Source: an uncultured Spirochaetota bacterium
GTDB lineage: Bacteria > Spirochaetota > Spirochaetia > SZUA-6 > Fen-1364
Length of the DNA: 64,000 nt
NCBI GenBank assembly: GCA_963781885.1
Contig: CAWAHW010000006.1
Location: forward strand, 320,001 to 384,000
Direction: 5' to 3'
Both the position numbers and the translations under genes were made by a program. The notes under the pieces are model-generated. The model was not told where the DNA came from. It did not search any database and worked only from the letters and a program-made list of their open reading frames with translations. Shown in pieces: positions 18,658-29,987 of the stretch. Numbering within the stretch: position 1 is the first letter of the stretch; every line of letters begins with the position of its first letter.

Positions 18658-21189
18658 GTGTCGGCAGAACGCATCAGCCGTTTCAGGAAGCCTCTTGTCG
18701 AATACCTCGTCGCGATAGCCGCAGTCTGCGTCGCGTTCATCCTGCGGGAGGCGCTTTCATTCCTGACGGGTCCGGACTTTCCGGAATACGTCCTGTTCTA
18801 TCCCACCGTCATGACCGTTGCGCTCCTCCTCGGCACCGGTCCCGCCCTTTCTTCGATCGTTCTGGCGGCAGCGCTCCTGGTGCTGTCGCGCACCCATTCA
18901 TGGCTTCGGCCGTCGCTTCCCACCGACTCATCCAGCTTCGTCGTCGGGCTCGTACTTTTTGTCGGCGTCTGCGTCTTTCTCACCGTGGTGGCCGAGGCGT
19001 ACCGTCGCAGCCGTGTGAAGGCCGAAGCCTACGACCGCGAGGAGGCCCTGCGGGAGAGCCAGAAGGCGCTCCAGAGGCAGGCGGAGCTCCTGCGGCTTTC
19101 CTTCGACGCGATCATCGTCTGGAGGTTGGGCGGCGAGGTGGAAAGCTGGAACAACGGTGCCGAGGACCTCTACGGCTTTTCGGAAAAGGAGGCGCTGGGT
19201 CGCAACATCCACGACCTGCTGCGGACTGCGCGCGAAAGACCCTGGGCGGCGGTGGAGGGAATCCTCAATCAGCGTGGGCATTGGCAGGGGGAGGCACGGC
19301 AGGTCGCTCACGATGGGCGCGCGCTCGTCGTCTCCTCACGGCTCCACATCGGGAGGGACCCGGACGGCCAGGTGCGCGTGCTGGAGATCGACCGCGACAT
19401 CACGGAGCAGAAGCGCGTCCAGGAAGAGCTGAAGCGCGCGCACGACGAGCTGGAAGAGAAGGTGCAGAAACGTACGAATGACCTGCAGAAGGCCAACCGG
19501 ACGCTCCTGATGGTGAGCGCCTGCGATCAGGCGCTCGTGCAGATCGCCGATGAGAAGGAGCTCATCTCCGTCATCTGCCAGATCATCCAGGACGAGGGCG
19601 GCTACCCGCTCGTCTGGGTCGGTCTCACCGATGGCACGGGGGGGGCGCTGCAGTGCGTCGCCGCTGCCGGGGACCGCGACGGGTTCCTGGACGCCAGCGG
19701 CCAGCCCTTCGCGGCCGCCGAAGGACCGGCGCCACGCGCCGCGGCGACGGGCGAGCCCGTCGTGGTGGAGGACATCGCCTCCTGTCCGGATGCCTCCTCC
19801 TGGCGGCAGAAGGCGCTCGCGAAAGGCTTTTCCGGGATCGCGGCTCTTCCCCTCGTGAGCGCGCGCATGGGCGCCTTCGGCGTCCTGGTCATCCACGCCG
19901 GCAGCGGCGTGGGCCTGCAGGAAAACCCGCTCTCCCTTCTGAAGGAGATCGTAGACGATCTGGCCTTCGGCGTCCTGTCGCTGCGCGCGCGGGCCGAGCG
20001 GGACCAGGCCCAGCGCGACCTGGAGCTGAAAGCGGCGCAGCTTCGCATGCTCACGGGGGAGATCGTCCGCGTCGAGCAGCGGGAGCGGCAGAGGATCGCG
20101 CGGCTGCTCCACGACCAGTTCCAGCAGCTTCTCGCCGCGGCGCTCTATAGCGTGGCGGCCCTCGCGCCGGGCATGCCGCCGCAGGAGTTCAAGGAGGGGA
20201 CGGCGAAGCTCAACAGCCTCCTTCGCGAATCAATCGCCGTGTCGCGCTCCCTCACCTCCGAGCTGGGGCATCCCGCGCTCTCCGATCCGGACCTGCGCGC
20301 GGGGCTCGAATGGCTTGCCGCGTGGATGAAAGAGAAGCACGGTCTGCGCGTGCAGGTCGCTTCGGGCGACCCCGTGCAGGTTGCCGCGGAGGAGACGCGC
20401 GCCATGCTGCTCCAGGCCGTCCGCGAGCTCCTCTTCAACGTCGTGAAGCACGCCGGCGTGAATGCGGCGGCCGTCGGTGTCCGGCGATCCGCCGATGGCC
20501 GCGTCACCGTCACCGTGACGGATGAAGGGGTGGGCTTCGATCCGCAGGGCCTCTTCGCGGCGGGCGCGTCGACCGGCGGCGTCGGCCTTTTCAGCATCCG
20601 CGAGCGCCTGGCGCTGGCCGGCGGCGGCATCGACATCGTGAGCGCGCCCGGCGCGGGCAGCCGTTTCACCGTCTGGATCTCCGACGAGCCGGCCGCCGCG
20701 GGGGTCGCGGAGCGGCCGCTCCGGGGGGAAACCAGCCCCGCGCCGCCGCACGGCGCGCCGACGGCGTCCGGGACGCGGGCGGGTCAGCGTTTGCGCGTGC
20801 TGATCGTCGACGACCATGCGCTCGTCCGCGAGGGGCTTGCGCTGCAGATCAGGCAGCAGCCGGACATGGAGATCGTCGGAGAGGCCGCCGACGGGGAGGC
20901 TGCGGTGGAGCTGGCCGCGCGGCTCGCTCCCGACGTGGTCACGATGGACCTGAGCCTGCCGGGCATCGACGGCATCGAGGCCGCGCGCAGGATCCACGCC
21001 GCGCAGCCCGCGGCAAGGATCATCGGCCTCTCGATGTTCGAGGAGCCCCGGCAGGCGGCCGCCATGCGCGATGCCGGCGCGGCGGCCTATGTCTCGAAGA
21101 CCGCGTCGGTGGAGACGCTGCTGGAAGCCATCCGCGCGGGCGCGGTCCATCACGCCACGCCGCGGCGACACGAGCCCGCGGCATCCTGA
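18658..21189 (+). CDS. Hybrid sensor histidine kinase (4-TM DUF4118-like + PAS + GAF + HisKA_3 + HATPase + receiver)
   Basis: TM N-terminus; PAS WNNGAEDLYGFS..EALGR...DIT; GAF; ERQRIARLLHD; RELLFNVVKHA, DEGVGFD, GVGLFSIRER; receiver VDDH...MDLSLPGIDG. Confidence 0.9.
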   Translation: MSAERISRFRKPLVEYLVAIAAVCVAFILREALSFLTGPDFPEYVLFYPTVMTVALLLGTGPALSSIVLAAALLVLSRTHSWLRPSLPTDSSSFVVGLVLFVGVCVFLTVVAEAYRRSRVKAEAYDREEALRESQKALQRQAELLRLSFDAIIVWRLGGEVESWNNGAEDLYGFSEKEALGRNIHDLLRTARERPWAAVEGILNQRGHWQGEARQVAHDGRALVVSSRLHIGRDPDGQVRVLEIDRDITEQKRVQEELKRAHDELEEKVQKRTNDLQKANRTLLMVSACDQALVQIADEKELISVICQIIQDEGGYPLVWVGLTDGTGGALQCVAAAGDRDGFLDASGQPFAAAEGPAPRAAATGEPVVVEDIASCPDASSWRQKALAKGFSGIAALPLVSARMGAFGVLVIHAGSGVGLQENPLSLLKEIVDDLAFGVLSLRARAERDQAQRDLELKAAQLRMLTGEIVRVEQRERQRIARLLHDQFQQLLAAALYSVAALAPGMPPQEFKEGTAKLNSLLRESIAVSRSLTSELGHPALSDPDLRAGLEWLAAWMKEKHGLRVQVASGDPVQVAAEETRAMLLQAVRELLFNVVKHAGVNAAAVGVRRSADGRVTVTVTDEGVGFDPQGLFAAGASTGGVGLFSIRERLALAGGGIDIVSAPGAGSRFTVWISDEPAAAGVAERPLRGETSPAPPHGAPTASGTRAGQRLRVLIVDDHALVREGLALQIRQQPDMEIVGEAADGEAAVELAARLAPDVVTMDLSLPGIDGIEAARRIHAAQPAARIIGLSMFEEPRQAAAMRDAGAAAYVSKTASVETLLEAIRAGAVHHATPRRHEPAAS

Positions 21190-21246
21190 TTCTGTCGAAT
21201 TTGTTCGACAATCGATTCATGCATACGACGATGGCTGCCGCGGAAC

Positions 21247-21567
21247 GTGATTGCTATCCTCTCGTTCAAGAGGTATGTCTACCGCGTGGCAGTGCAGGAC
21301 CAGTCTGGCGACAACGTTGAAGAGCAGATCGCGGAATGCGCGGGCAGGATCGTGACCGTGCTGAGCCGGGTGCGCCAGGCGAATCTTCTTCAGCTTTCGG
21401 AACACCTCACCGACCGGAGCACACTCATTTACCAGGCCGTCGGCTGGCTTGCGCGGGAGGGGCGCATCCGCTACGAGCGGCACGGGAACCAGGTCTACGT
21501 CCTCCTTCGGACCCCGTCCGCCGGACCGGGGAACGCGCGGCCAGGCCGCACACCGAATAAGACGTGA
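21247..21567 (+). CDS. Small winged helix-turn-helix protein (DUF2582-like); start uncertain
   Basis: IAECAGRIVTVL and IYQAVGWLAREGRI match the DUF2582 pattern (A.G.IW..L; A.GWLAREGKI). Confidence 0.7.
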   Translation: MIAILSFKRYVYRVAVQDQSGDNVEEQIAECAGRIVTVLSRVRQANLLQLSEHLTDRSTLIYQAVGWLAREGRIRYERHGNQVYVLLRTPSAGPGNARPGRTPNKT

Positions 21568-21620
21568 TGCTTCGAGTCGCCGGCACCCGCACGGCGCTTC
21601 ATGCACCTCCTTTTTTCCTT

Positions 21621-21658
21621 GCCACCCTCGGGCGCGTTGCGCCCGGGGGTGGCTTTTT
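21621..21658 (+). terminator. Rho-independent terminator
   Basis: GCCACCCTCGGGCGC-GTT-GCGCCCGGGGGTGGC hairpin followed by T5. Confidence 0.75.
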
Positions 21659-21738
21659 CACTATGCAGAGACGGGCGGCCGTGCGATAGTGGTGCCGAGG
21701 CTCCCCGTCGTGACGGGCGCGCGAGCCTTGCGGCGACC

Positions 21739-22368
21739 ATGAAAATTGCACTCTGTGACGATCATCCCATTTTTCGCGAAGGCCTCACGACGATCCTCCG
21801 TCACCACACCGACATCCACGTGGAGCTGGAGGCGGGAAGCGGCGCCGAGCTCCTGCGGCTTGTCGCCGGCCGCCGCCTCGACGTCATCGTGCTGGACATC
21901 TCGCTTCCCGACATGAACGGCCTCGACATCATCAAGGCGCTGCGCGCGGCCGGCACGACGGCGGGCGTGCTCGTGCTCAGCATGCATCCCGAGGAGCAGT
22001 ATGCCCGGCGCGTGCTGAAGGCGGGGGCCGCGGGATATCTACAGAAGGACAGCCCTCCCGAGGAGCTCGTCGCCGCGATCCGCAGGATCGCGCAGGGCGG
22101 ACGCTACGTCACGGCCAGCCTGGCCGAAAGCCTCGCCGTGGACCTCGGCGGCAGGGCGGACGCGCCGGCCCACGAGATCCTGTCGGATCGCGAATACCAG
22201 GTGCTCTGCCTGCTCGCGTCGGGAAAGGGCGTCAAGGAGATCGCGCACGAGCTCACGCTGAGCGCCCCCACGGTCTCCACCTATCGTGCGCGCATTTTCG
22301 AAAAACTTGCAATTTCCTCCACCGCGGAGCTGGTCCGCTACGCGATCGCGCACGGCCTGGTGGAATAG
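21739..22368 (+). CDS. NarL/UvrY family response regulator
   Basis: MKIALCDDHPIFREG, LDISLPDMNG, LSMH, LSDREYQVLCLLASG...TVSTYRARIFEKL. Confidence 0.92.
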   Translation: MKIALCDDHPIFREGLTTILRHHTDIHVELEAGSGAELLRLVAGRRLDVIVLDISLPDMNGLDIIKALRAAGTTAGVLVLSMHPEEQYARRVLKAGAAGYLQKDSPPEELVAAIRRIAQGGRYVTASLAESLAVDLGGRADAPAHEILSDREYQVLCLLASGKGVKEIAHELTLSAPTVSTYRARIFEKLAISSTAELVRYAIAHGLVE

Positions 22369-22385
22369 CCCGGCGGGGCTGCCGA

Positions 22386-24089
<1,704 letters not shown>

Positions 24090-24279
24090 TGCGAGCGGAA
24101 AAATAGCATGCGCGGTCGGGACCGTCTATGCCGCCGCGTCGAGCCGGCGCAATGGAACACTTGTCTCATTGCGATGGAACAGTCGGGACATGTTTCAGGT
24201 CCCTGCATCCTATTTTGAGCGCTTTTACGCCTTAATTTGGCGTGCACGGCGCTGGCACGTAAATTGCTTCATCTCCAGT

Positions 24280-24477
24280 ATGGCTGCAAGAACGATGAAT
24301 GTCCTGGGTCGACGACTGAAAGCGCGCAAGGCGACGTCGGGCGACACGCAGGTTTTCGTGGTCGAGGATTCGGGAGAGCTTGTTGCGGTTGTCGTGGACA
24401 AGCAGCGGGGCGTCGTACGGATCCCGCTCGGCGCCACGGGTCAGCCGACGCAGTTTTCCTCCTGCGCGCGCGAGTAG
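24280..24477 (+). CDS. Small hypothetical protein (~60-65 aa)
   Basis: Fills the gap between ettA and udk. The beta-rich sequence TQVFVVEDSGELVAVVVDKQRGVVRIPL looks protein-like. No RBS seen and no family recognised. Confidence 0.4.
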   Translation: MAARTMNVLGRRLKARKATSGDTQVFVVEDSGELVAVVVDKQRGVVRIPLGATGQPTQFSSCARE

Positions 24478-24534
24478 CCGCGCACACGCTTCCCGCTGGC
24501 ATGCGCGCGCCGAAGCGGCTATAGTGGGCCCGTC

Positions 24535-25146
24535 ATGAAGGGCGCGCACATCGTGGGCATCGCGGGCGGATCGGGATCGGGAAAGACCACCATCGTCACC
24601 CGCATCACCGAGATCGTCCGTGACTACGCGCTGGTTCCGCAGGACAACTACTACCGCTCCGCCGAGCACCTCACCAACCAGTCCATCACCGAGTTCAATT
24701 TCGACCATCCCGACGCCTTCGACAGCGAGCTCCTCTTCGAGCATCTCCTGGCCCTGAAGGAAGGCAACCCCATCCTCATGCCGCAGTACGATTTCGTGCA
24801 TAACCGCCGGCGGAGCGACACGGTGCTCGTGGAGCCGCGCCGCCTGGTGATCCTGGAAGGGATCATGGTCTTCCACGACAAGCGCATCCGGGACCTCATC
24901 GACCTGAAACTGTACGTGGACACCCCTGACGACATACGGTTCATCCGGCGGCTGCAGCGCGACATCACCGAGCGCGGCAGGACGGTGGAATCCGTGATCG
25001 CGCAGTACCAGGCAGTGGTGCGGCCGGGCCACTACGAGTTCGTCGAGCCCACGAAGGTCTATGCGGACCTCATCATCCCCGAGGGCGGCTTCAACGAACG
25101 CGCCATGAGCGCGCTCATTCCCTTCCTCATGCAGATCGCGGGATAG
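24535..25146 (+). CDS. udk: Uridine kinase
   Basis: IVGIAGGSGSGKTT, QDNYY, NFDHPDAFD, ILEGI, IRRLQRDITERGR, FVEPTKVYADLIIP. Confidence 0.93.
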   Translation: MKGAHIVGIAGGSGSGKTTIVTRITEIVRDYALVPQDNYYRSAEHLTNQSITEFNFDHPDAFDSELLFEHLLALKEGNPILMPQYDFVHNRRRSDTVLVEPRRLVILEGIMVFHDKRIRDLIDLKLYVDTPDDIRFIRRLQRDITERGRTVESVIAQYQAVVRPGHYEFVEPTKVYADLIIPEGGFNERAMSALIPFLMQIAG

Positions 25147-25151
25147 CCCGG

Positions 25152-26264
25152 GTGCTGCCGTCGTTTGCCCTGGAAAGGTATTTCGCCGCCCACGAGTTCT
25201 CCGCGGCGCACCTGCTGTGCTGCTCGGACTGTGAGTCCGTGAGCACGGCGGAGCTGCTGGCGATGGAGCCCGGCGGCCAGGATGCCCTTCTCGGTCTCCG
25301 CCTCGGGTACACGGAAAGCGCCGGAAGCCCGTCGCTGCGTCGGGAGATCGCGCGCCTGTATCGATCCACGGCACCGGAAAACGTGCTGGTGTGCGCGGGC
25401 GCGGAGGAGGCCATTTACCTCTTCATGCACGCGGCGCTCGACCCGGGGGATCACGTCATCGTGCACGCGCCCTGCTACCAGTCGCTTGCCGCCGTGGCAG
25501 TCTCTCTGGGATGCAATGTCTCCCCGTGGGAAGCGCGCGAGGAGGACGGCTGGGCGCCGGATCCCCGCGCTCTTCGCCGGCTCATCGGACCCCGAACGAA
25601 AGTCATCGTCTTCAATTCGCCGCACAACCCCACCGGCTGTCACGTGCCGGAGGCGACGCTGCGGGAAATCGTGGAGATCGCGGAGACCCGAGGGATCGCA
25701 CTTTTTTCGGACGAGGTCTATCGAGGCCTGGAGCGGCAGCCCTCCGACCGTCTGCCCGGCGCCTGCGACCTGGGCGAAAAAACGGTGTCCCTCGGCGTCA
25801 TGTCAAAGACCTACGGTCTGGCCGGCCTGCGCATCGGCTGGCTGGCCACGCGGGACAAGGCCCTTCTTTCGCGCGTCGCCGGCCTGAAGGACTACACGAC
25901 GATCTGCAGCGCCGCCCCCAGCGAGCTTCTTGCAGAGATCGGCCTGCGGCATGGGGAAGAGCTTGCGGCGCGCAACCGCGCCATCATCGACGCCAACCTC
26001 GCGCGGCTGGATGCCTTCTTCGGCCGGCACGCGGACCTTTTTTCGTGGGAGCGCCCGCGGGCGGGGCCCATCGGCTTTCCGCGGCTGCTCGTCGGCGACG
26101 TCGATGGCTTCTGCGACGAGCTGGTGCGGACGCGCGGCGTCCTCCTCCTTCCGGGAACGGTCTACCAGGACCGCGGGAACCATTTTCGGATCGGCTTCGG
26201 CCGCGCAAGCATGCCGGAGGCGCTGGGGGAGCTGGAGGCCTTCCTGGAAAAACGCCGGTCCTGA
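25152..26264 (+). CDS. Class I/II PLP-dependent aminotransferase
   Basis: [39 protein letters not shown]. Confidence 0.88.
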   Translation: MLPSFALERYFAAHEFSAAHLLCCSDCESVSTAELLAMEPGGQDALLGLRLGYTESAGSPSLRREIARLYRSTAPENVLVCAGAEEAIYLFMHAALDPGDHVIVHAPCYQSLAAVAVSLGCNVSPWEAREEDGWAPDPRALRRLIGPRTKVIVFNSPHNPTGCHVPEATLREIVEIAETRGIALFSDEVYRGLERQPSDRLPGACDLGEKTVSLGVMSKTYGLAGLRIGWLATRDKALLSRVAGLKDYTTICSAAPSELLAEIGLRHGEELAARNRAIIDANLARLDAFFGRHADLFSWERPRAGPIGFPRLLVGDVDGFCDELVRTRGVLLLPGTVYQDRGNHFRIGFGRASMPEALGELEAFLEKRRS

Positions 26265-26340
26265 ACGGGCTCCCGGTCTTCCCTGCAGGCGCGGCACGCG
26301 GGGGGCAACCGGTAGTATCTTGGAGTCACAGGAGGCGCCC

Positions 26341-26730
26341 ATGTTCAACGCGAAAGCGGCATTCAGCGGATTTTCCGTAGATGATATGGCAAAGGCGGAG
26401 AAGTTCTATTCCTCGACCCTTGGGTTGAAGGTGGACAGCTCGAAGATGGGGCTCACGCTGCACCTGCCCGGTGGTGCAACGGTGTACGTCTACCAGAAGA
26501 ACAATCACGAGCCGGCCACCTACACCATTCTCAACTTCGTCGTGGATGACATCGACAAGGCGGTGGACGAGCTCACGAAGATCGGCGTTCAATTCGAGCA
26601 CTACGACGACGGCGTGAAGACCGATAAGAAAGGCATTGCGCGCGGCATTGCCGCGAAGCAAGGCCCGGACATCGCCTGGTTCAAGGATCCTGCCGGCAAC
26701 TTCATCTCGGTGCTGAAAGAGGCTGAATAG
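26341..26730 (+). CDS. VOC/glyoxalase family protein
   Basis: [43 protein letters not shown]; GGAGG RBS. Confidence 0.88.
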   Translation: MFNAKAAFSGFSVDDMAKAEKFYSSTLGLKVDSSKMGLTLHLPGGATVYVYQKNNHEPATYTILNFVVDDIDKAVDELTKIGVQFEHYDDGVKTDKKGIARGIAAKQGPDIAWFKDPAGNFISVLKEAE

Positions 26731-26805
26731 CCCGAAGCGGTCTTGCCGCCGTGAGCCGCGCGCTCTCCCGCTCGGCCCGCGCCCTCCCTCCACGCGCGGC
26801 GCCTG

Positions 26806-26834
26806 TTGACCTTCGCAGGCATTCTTTCTAGACT
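26806..26834 (+). promoter_or_regulatory. Putative sigma70 promoter of pfk
   Basis: TTGACC-17 nt-TAGACT. Confidence 0.6.
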
Positions 26835-26905
26835 CACCCTCACGGAAGGCTGCCACGGAGTCATGGACCTTCCGCATTCCACCCGAACACTGGAGAAAGC
26901 ATCCT

Positions 26906-28132
26906 ATGGCCAAACTGACAGGCAAGGTCCTGATAGCACAGGGGGGCGGCCCCACGGCGGTCATCAACCAGTCCCTCGTGGGCGCGGTGCTCGAATCGCG
27001 AAAGTTTTTCGAGGTGACAAGGGTCTATGGCGCCACCAACGGGGTGCGCGGGATCATCAACGAGGATTTCCTCGACCTTTCGCAGGAAACGACGCACAAC
27101 CTCGAGCAGGTGGCGATGACCCCCTCCAGCGCGCTCCTGTCAACCCGCGACAAGCCCGACGACGCCTACTGCCGGGAGATCTTCAAGGTCTGCCAGGCGC
27201 ACGATGTGCGCTATTTTTTCTACATCGGCGGCAATGACAGCTGCGATACCGTGCGGATCGTGAACAGCAATGCCGAGGCGGCGGGCTACGACATGCGCTG
27301 CATCCACATCCCCAAGACCGTGGACAACGACCTGGTGGTGAACGACCATACGCCCGGCTTCGGCTCGGCGGCGCGCTACGTTGCGCAGGCCTTCATGGGC
27401 TACAACCTGGACAACCGCGCGCTTCCCGGCGTCTTCATCGGCATCGTCATGGGCCGCAACGCCGGATTCCTCACCGCGGCGGCAAGCCTGGGGCGCAAGT
27501 ACGAGGATGACGGCCCGCACCTCATCTACGTGCCGGAACGGCCCTTCTCCGAGGCGCAGTTCCTCGGTGACGTGAAGGCCGTCATGGCAAAGCACGGCCG
27601 CTGCCTCATCTCCGTGAGCGAAGGGGTGAAGGACAAGGACGGCAAGCCCTTCATGACGCGCCTCACGGGGAGCAAGGAGGCCGACGCACACGGAAACGTG
27701 CAGCTTTCAGGCTCCGGTGCCCTTGGGGACATGCTTTCCGACCTGGTGAAGGAGAAGCTGTCGATCAAGCGCGTGCGCGCCGATACGCTGGGCTACGCGC
27801 AACGCTCGTACCTCGGCGTCGTCTCCGACGTGGATGCCCACGAAGCGCGCGAGGTGGGTGAAAAGGCGGCGCAATTCGCGATCTGGCACGACCAGGACGG
27901 TTCGATCACCATCCAGCGCACCGGCAACTACTCCGTGGACTACCGTCTGGTGCCCCTGGAAGAGATCGCAGCCCTGACAAAGACGATGCCTGCAGAGTTC
28001 CTCAACGGCGCAGGCAACGATACGACGGCGGAGTTCTACACGTACGGGCGGCCGCTCCTGGGCTCCGGCTTCCCCAATGTGCACCGCATCCGCGCCCCGC
28101 GTGTCCCCAAGATCCTGAAAAACGGCAGGTAG
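26906..28132 (+). CDS. pfp: 6-phosphofructokinase, probably pyrophosphate-dependent
   Basis: QGGGPTAVINQS, GGNDS (Asp in the GGDD-equivalent position indicates PPi use), PKTVDND, MGRNAG, LGYAQR. Confidence 0.85.
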   Translation: MAKLTGKVLIAQGGGPTAVINQSLVGAVLESRKFFEVTRVYGATNGVRGIINEDFLDLSQETTHNLEQVAMTPSSALLSTRDKPDDAYCREIFKVCQAHDVRYFFYIGGNDSCDTVRIVNSNAEAAGYDMRCIHIPKTVDNDLVVNDHTPGFGSAARYVAQAFMGYNLDNRALPGVFIGIVMGRNAGFLTAAASLGRKYEDDGPHLIYVPERPFSEAQFLGDVKAVMAKHGRCLISVSEGVKDKDGKPFMTRLTGSKEADAHGNVQLSGSGALGDMLSDLVKEKLSIKRVRADTLGYAQRSYLGVVSDVDAHEAREVGEKAAQFAIWHDQDGSITIQRTGNYSVDYRLVPLEEIAALTKTMPAEFLNGAGNDTTAEFYTYGRPLLGSGFPNVHRIRAPRVPKILKNGR

Positions 28133-28183
28133 CGCGATCTTTTTCGTTGCTCCCGGCCGATTCATCGGGTAATCTCGACCGAA

Positions 28184-29086
28184 ATGGAAGCAAAGACGGG
28201 CACAGCAACAATCGTCCGGCGCCGACGCTGGGGGGATCGCTACGATGGAAGACGCCTGCGGTCGCTCGACCCCTTCAGCCAGATCGCCCCTTACATCATG
28301 CGTGCCCGATCGGACGCGCAGGTCTTGTTCGAGGATCGCATCGAGATCGGCAGGATCCAGCGGTGGCTGCGGCTCCAGCGCGACAAAGGCCGCGCCGATA
28401 TGGGCTTTCTCCACGTGCTCATCGCGGCCGTCGTGCGCACCCTCTCACAGAAGCCGGGCCTGAACAGGTTCGTCGCCGGGCAGCGGATCTATGCGCGGAA
28501 CGAGATACAGGTCTCTCTCGCGCTGAAGAAAAAGATGTCGGAGGACAGCCCGGAGACCACCATCAAGATCTCCTTCCCGCCCACCGACACCATCTGGGAG
28601 GTGGCGAGACGCGTCAACGAGGCAGTCGATGCGAACAAGGAGATCTCCGCACGCAATGCGACCGACAAGACGGCGCGGCTCTTCATGCTCGTGCCCGGTT
28701 CCATCGTGCGCATCCTTCTCTGGCTCGTGCGCGCCCTCGATTTTCACGGCAAACTCCCCCGGGCGATCCATCAGGCAAGCCCGTTCCACACGAGCGTTTT
28801 CGTCACCGACCTGGGCTCGCTTGGCATCAATCCCATCTATCACCATATCTACGACCTTGGGACCACGTCCGTTTTCGTTGCATTCGGCGGCAAGGAGCGC
28901 GTGCGGGAACTGGACCGGGAAGGAAGGGTCGTCGAGCGGAGATATATCGGGCTGAAAGTGGTCGGGGACGAGCGCATCTGCGACGGCTACTACTTTGCAA
29001 GCGCGCTGCGCTATTTCACGACGCTCCTCAAGGACCCGGCGCAACTGGAGAGCCCACCTGCGATCGTGGTGCAGGACCAGGAATAG
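28184..29086 (+). CDS. Stand-alone 2-oxoacid dehydrogenase E2-like acyltransferase domain (no lipoyl domain)
   Basis: PGLNRFVAGQRIYAR, SVFVTDLGSLGI, C-terminal DERICDGYY in place of DHRxxDG. Confidence 0.75.
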   Translation: MEAKTGTATIVRRRRWGDRYDGRRLRSLDPFSQIAPYIMRARSDAQVLFEDRIEIGRIQRWLRLQRDKGRADMGFLHVLIAAVVRTLSQKPGLNRFVAGQRIYARNEIQVSLALKKKMSEDSPETTIKISFPPTDTIWEVARRVNEAVDANKEISARNATDKTARLFMLVPGSIVRILLWLVRALDFHGKLPRAIHQASPFHTSVFVTDLGSLGINPIYHHIYDLGTTSVFVAFGGKERVRELDREGRVVERRYIGLKVVGDERICDGYYFASALRYFTTLLKDPAQLESPPAIVVQDQE

Positions 29087-29149
29087 GCCAGCGGTACTCG
29101 GCGGCAAGGCGCGACCGCGGCCGCCCGCGCACCCGGAACCCTGTCCGGC

Positions 29150-29938
29150 TCAGTGCCGATCGCCCAGGATGAATCCCCCCAGACCGCCCAGGATTGAGCC
29201 CTCGTCCTTGCCGCCGGGCCGAAGCGATGCATTCTGCATCACCCGGTGCGCCAGCCGGGAAAAGGGCAGGCTCTGCAGGTAGACCAACCCGGTCCCGCTC
29301 AAGGACGCCAGGAAAAGGCCTTCCCCTCCGAAAAGCATCGACTTGAGATTGCCCGCCTGCGTGATGTCGTAGGAGATGCCGTCGGTGAACCCGACCAGGC
29401 ATCCCGTGTCCACCAGGAGACGTCCGCCGGTGAGCTCCTTTCGCACCACCATGCCGCCGGCGTGGAGAAAGGCCGTGCCGCGCCCGCGCAGGCGCTCCAG
29501 GACATAGCCCTCACCGCCGAAGATGCCCACGCCGACATTCTTCGTGAAAGTGATGTCCAGCTCGGTGCCTTTTGACGCGCAGAGGAAAGAGCTCTTCTGG
29601 CAGGTGAATTGCGCCCCGAGCATGCCCAGATCCAGCGGTATGATCTTGCCCGGGTAAGGCGCGGCGAATGCGACCGTCCGCGCGGAGCTCGTGTCGTTCC
29701 TGAAATGGGTAAGGAAAAGCGACACCCCGGCGATGACGCGCTTGCCGGCGCCCCGTGCCTGCTCCCAGAAATCGCCCGGCGGCCGCGAGCCGTCGCCCAT
29801 CACCGATTCATAGGAGATGCCGTCGTCCATGTAGTTCATTGCGCCGGCTTCCGCGATCACGGTCTGTCCGGGAGAAAGCTCTATCTCGACGATCTGCATG
29901 TCGTCGCCGAGTATCTTGTACGCGATATCGTCTGCCAT
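29150..29938 (-). CDS. AIM24 / TIGR00266 family protein
   Basis: YKILGDDMQIVEIEL, AEAGAMNYM, FAAPYPGKII, FGGEG (twice), LQSLPFSRLA. Confidence 0.9.
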   Translation of the reverse strand: MADDIAYKILGDDMQIVEIELSPGQTVIAEAGAMNYMDDGISYESVMGDGSRPPGDFWEQARGAGKRVIAGVSLFLTHFRNDTSSARTVAFAAPYPGKIIPLDLGMLGAQFTCQKSSFLCASKGTELDITFTKNVGVGIFGGEGYVLERLRGRGTAFLHAGGMVVRKELTGGRLLVDTGCLVGFTDGISYDITQAGNLKSMLFGGEGLFLASLSGTGLVYLQSLPFSRLAHRVMQNASLRPGGKDEGSILGGLGGFILGDRH

Positions 29939-29987
29939 GCGCGGATGCTCCCCCATGCCCGGGCGCGCTGTCAAGGACGCGCCGCCT

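Noticed and set aside
25152-26264. Capreomycidine synthase or an antibiotic biosynthesis cluster
   Set aside because: No NRPS or oxygenase neighbours; it is a generic class I/II aminotransferase downstream of udk.
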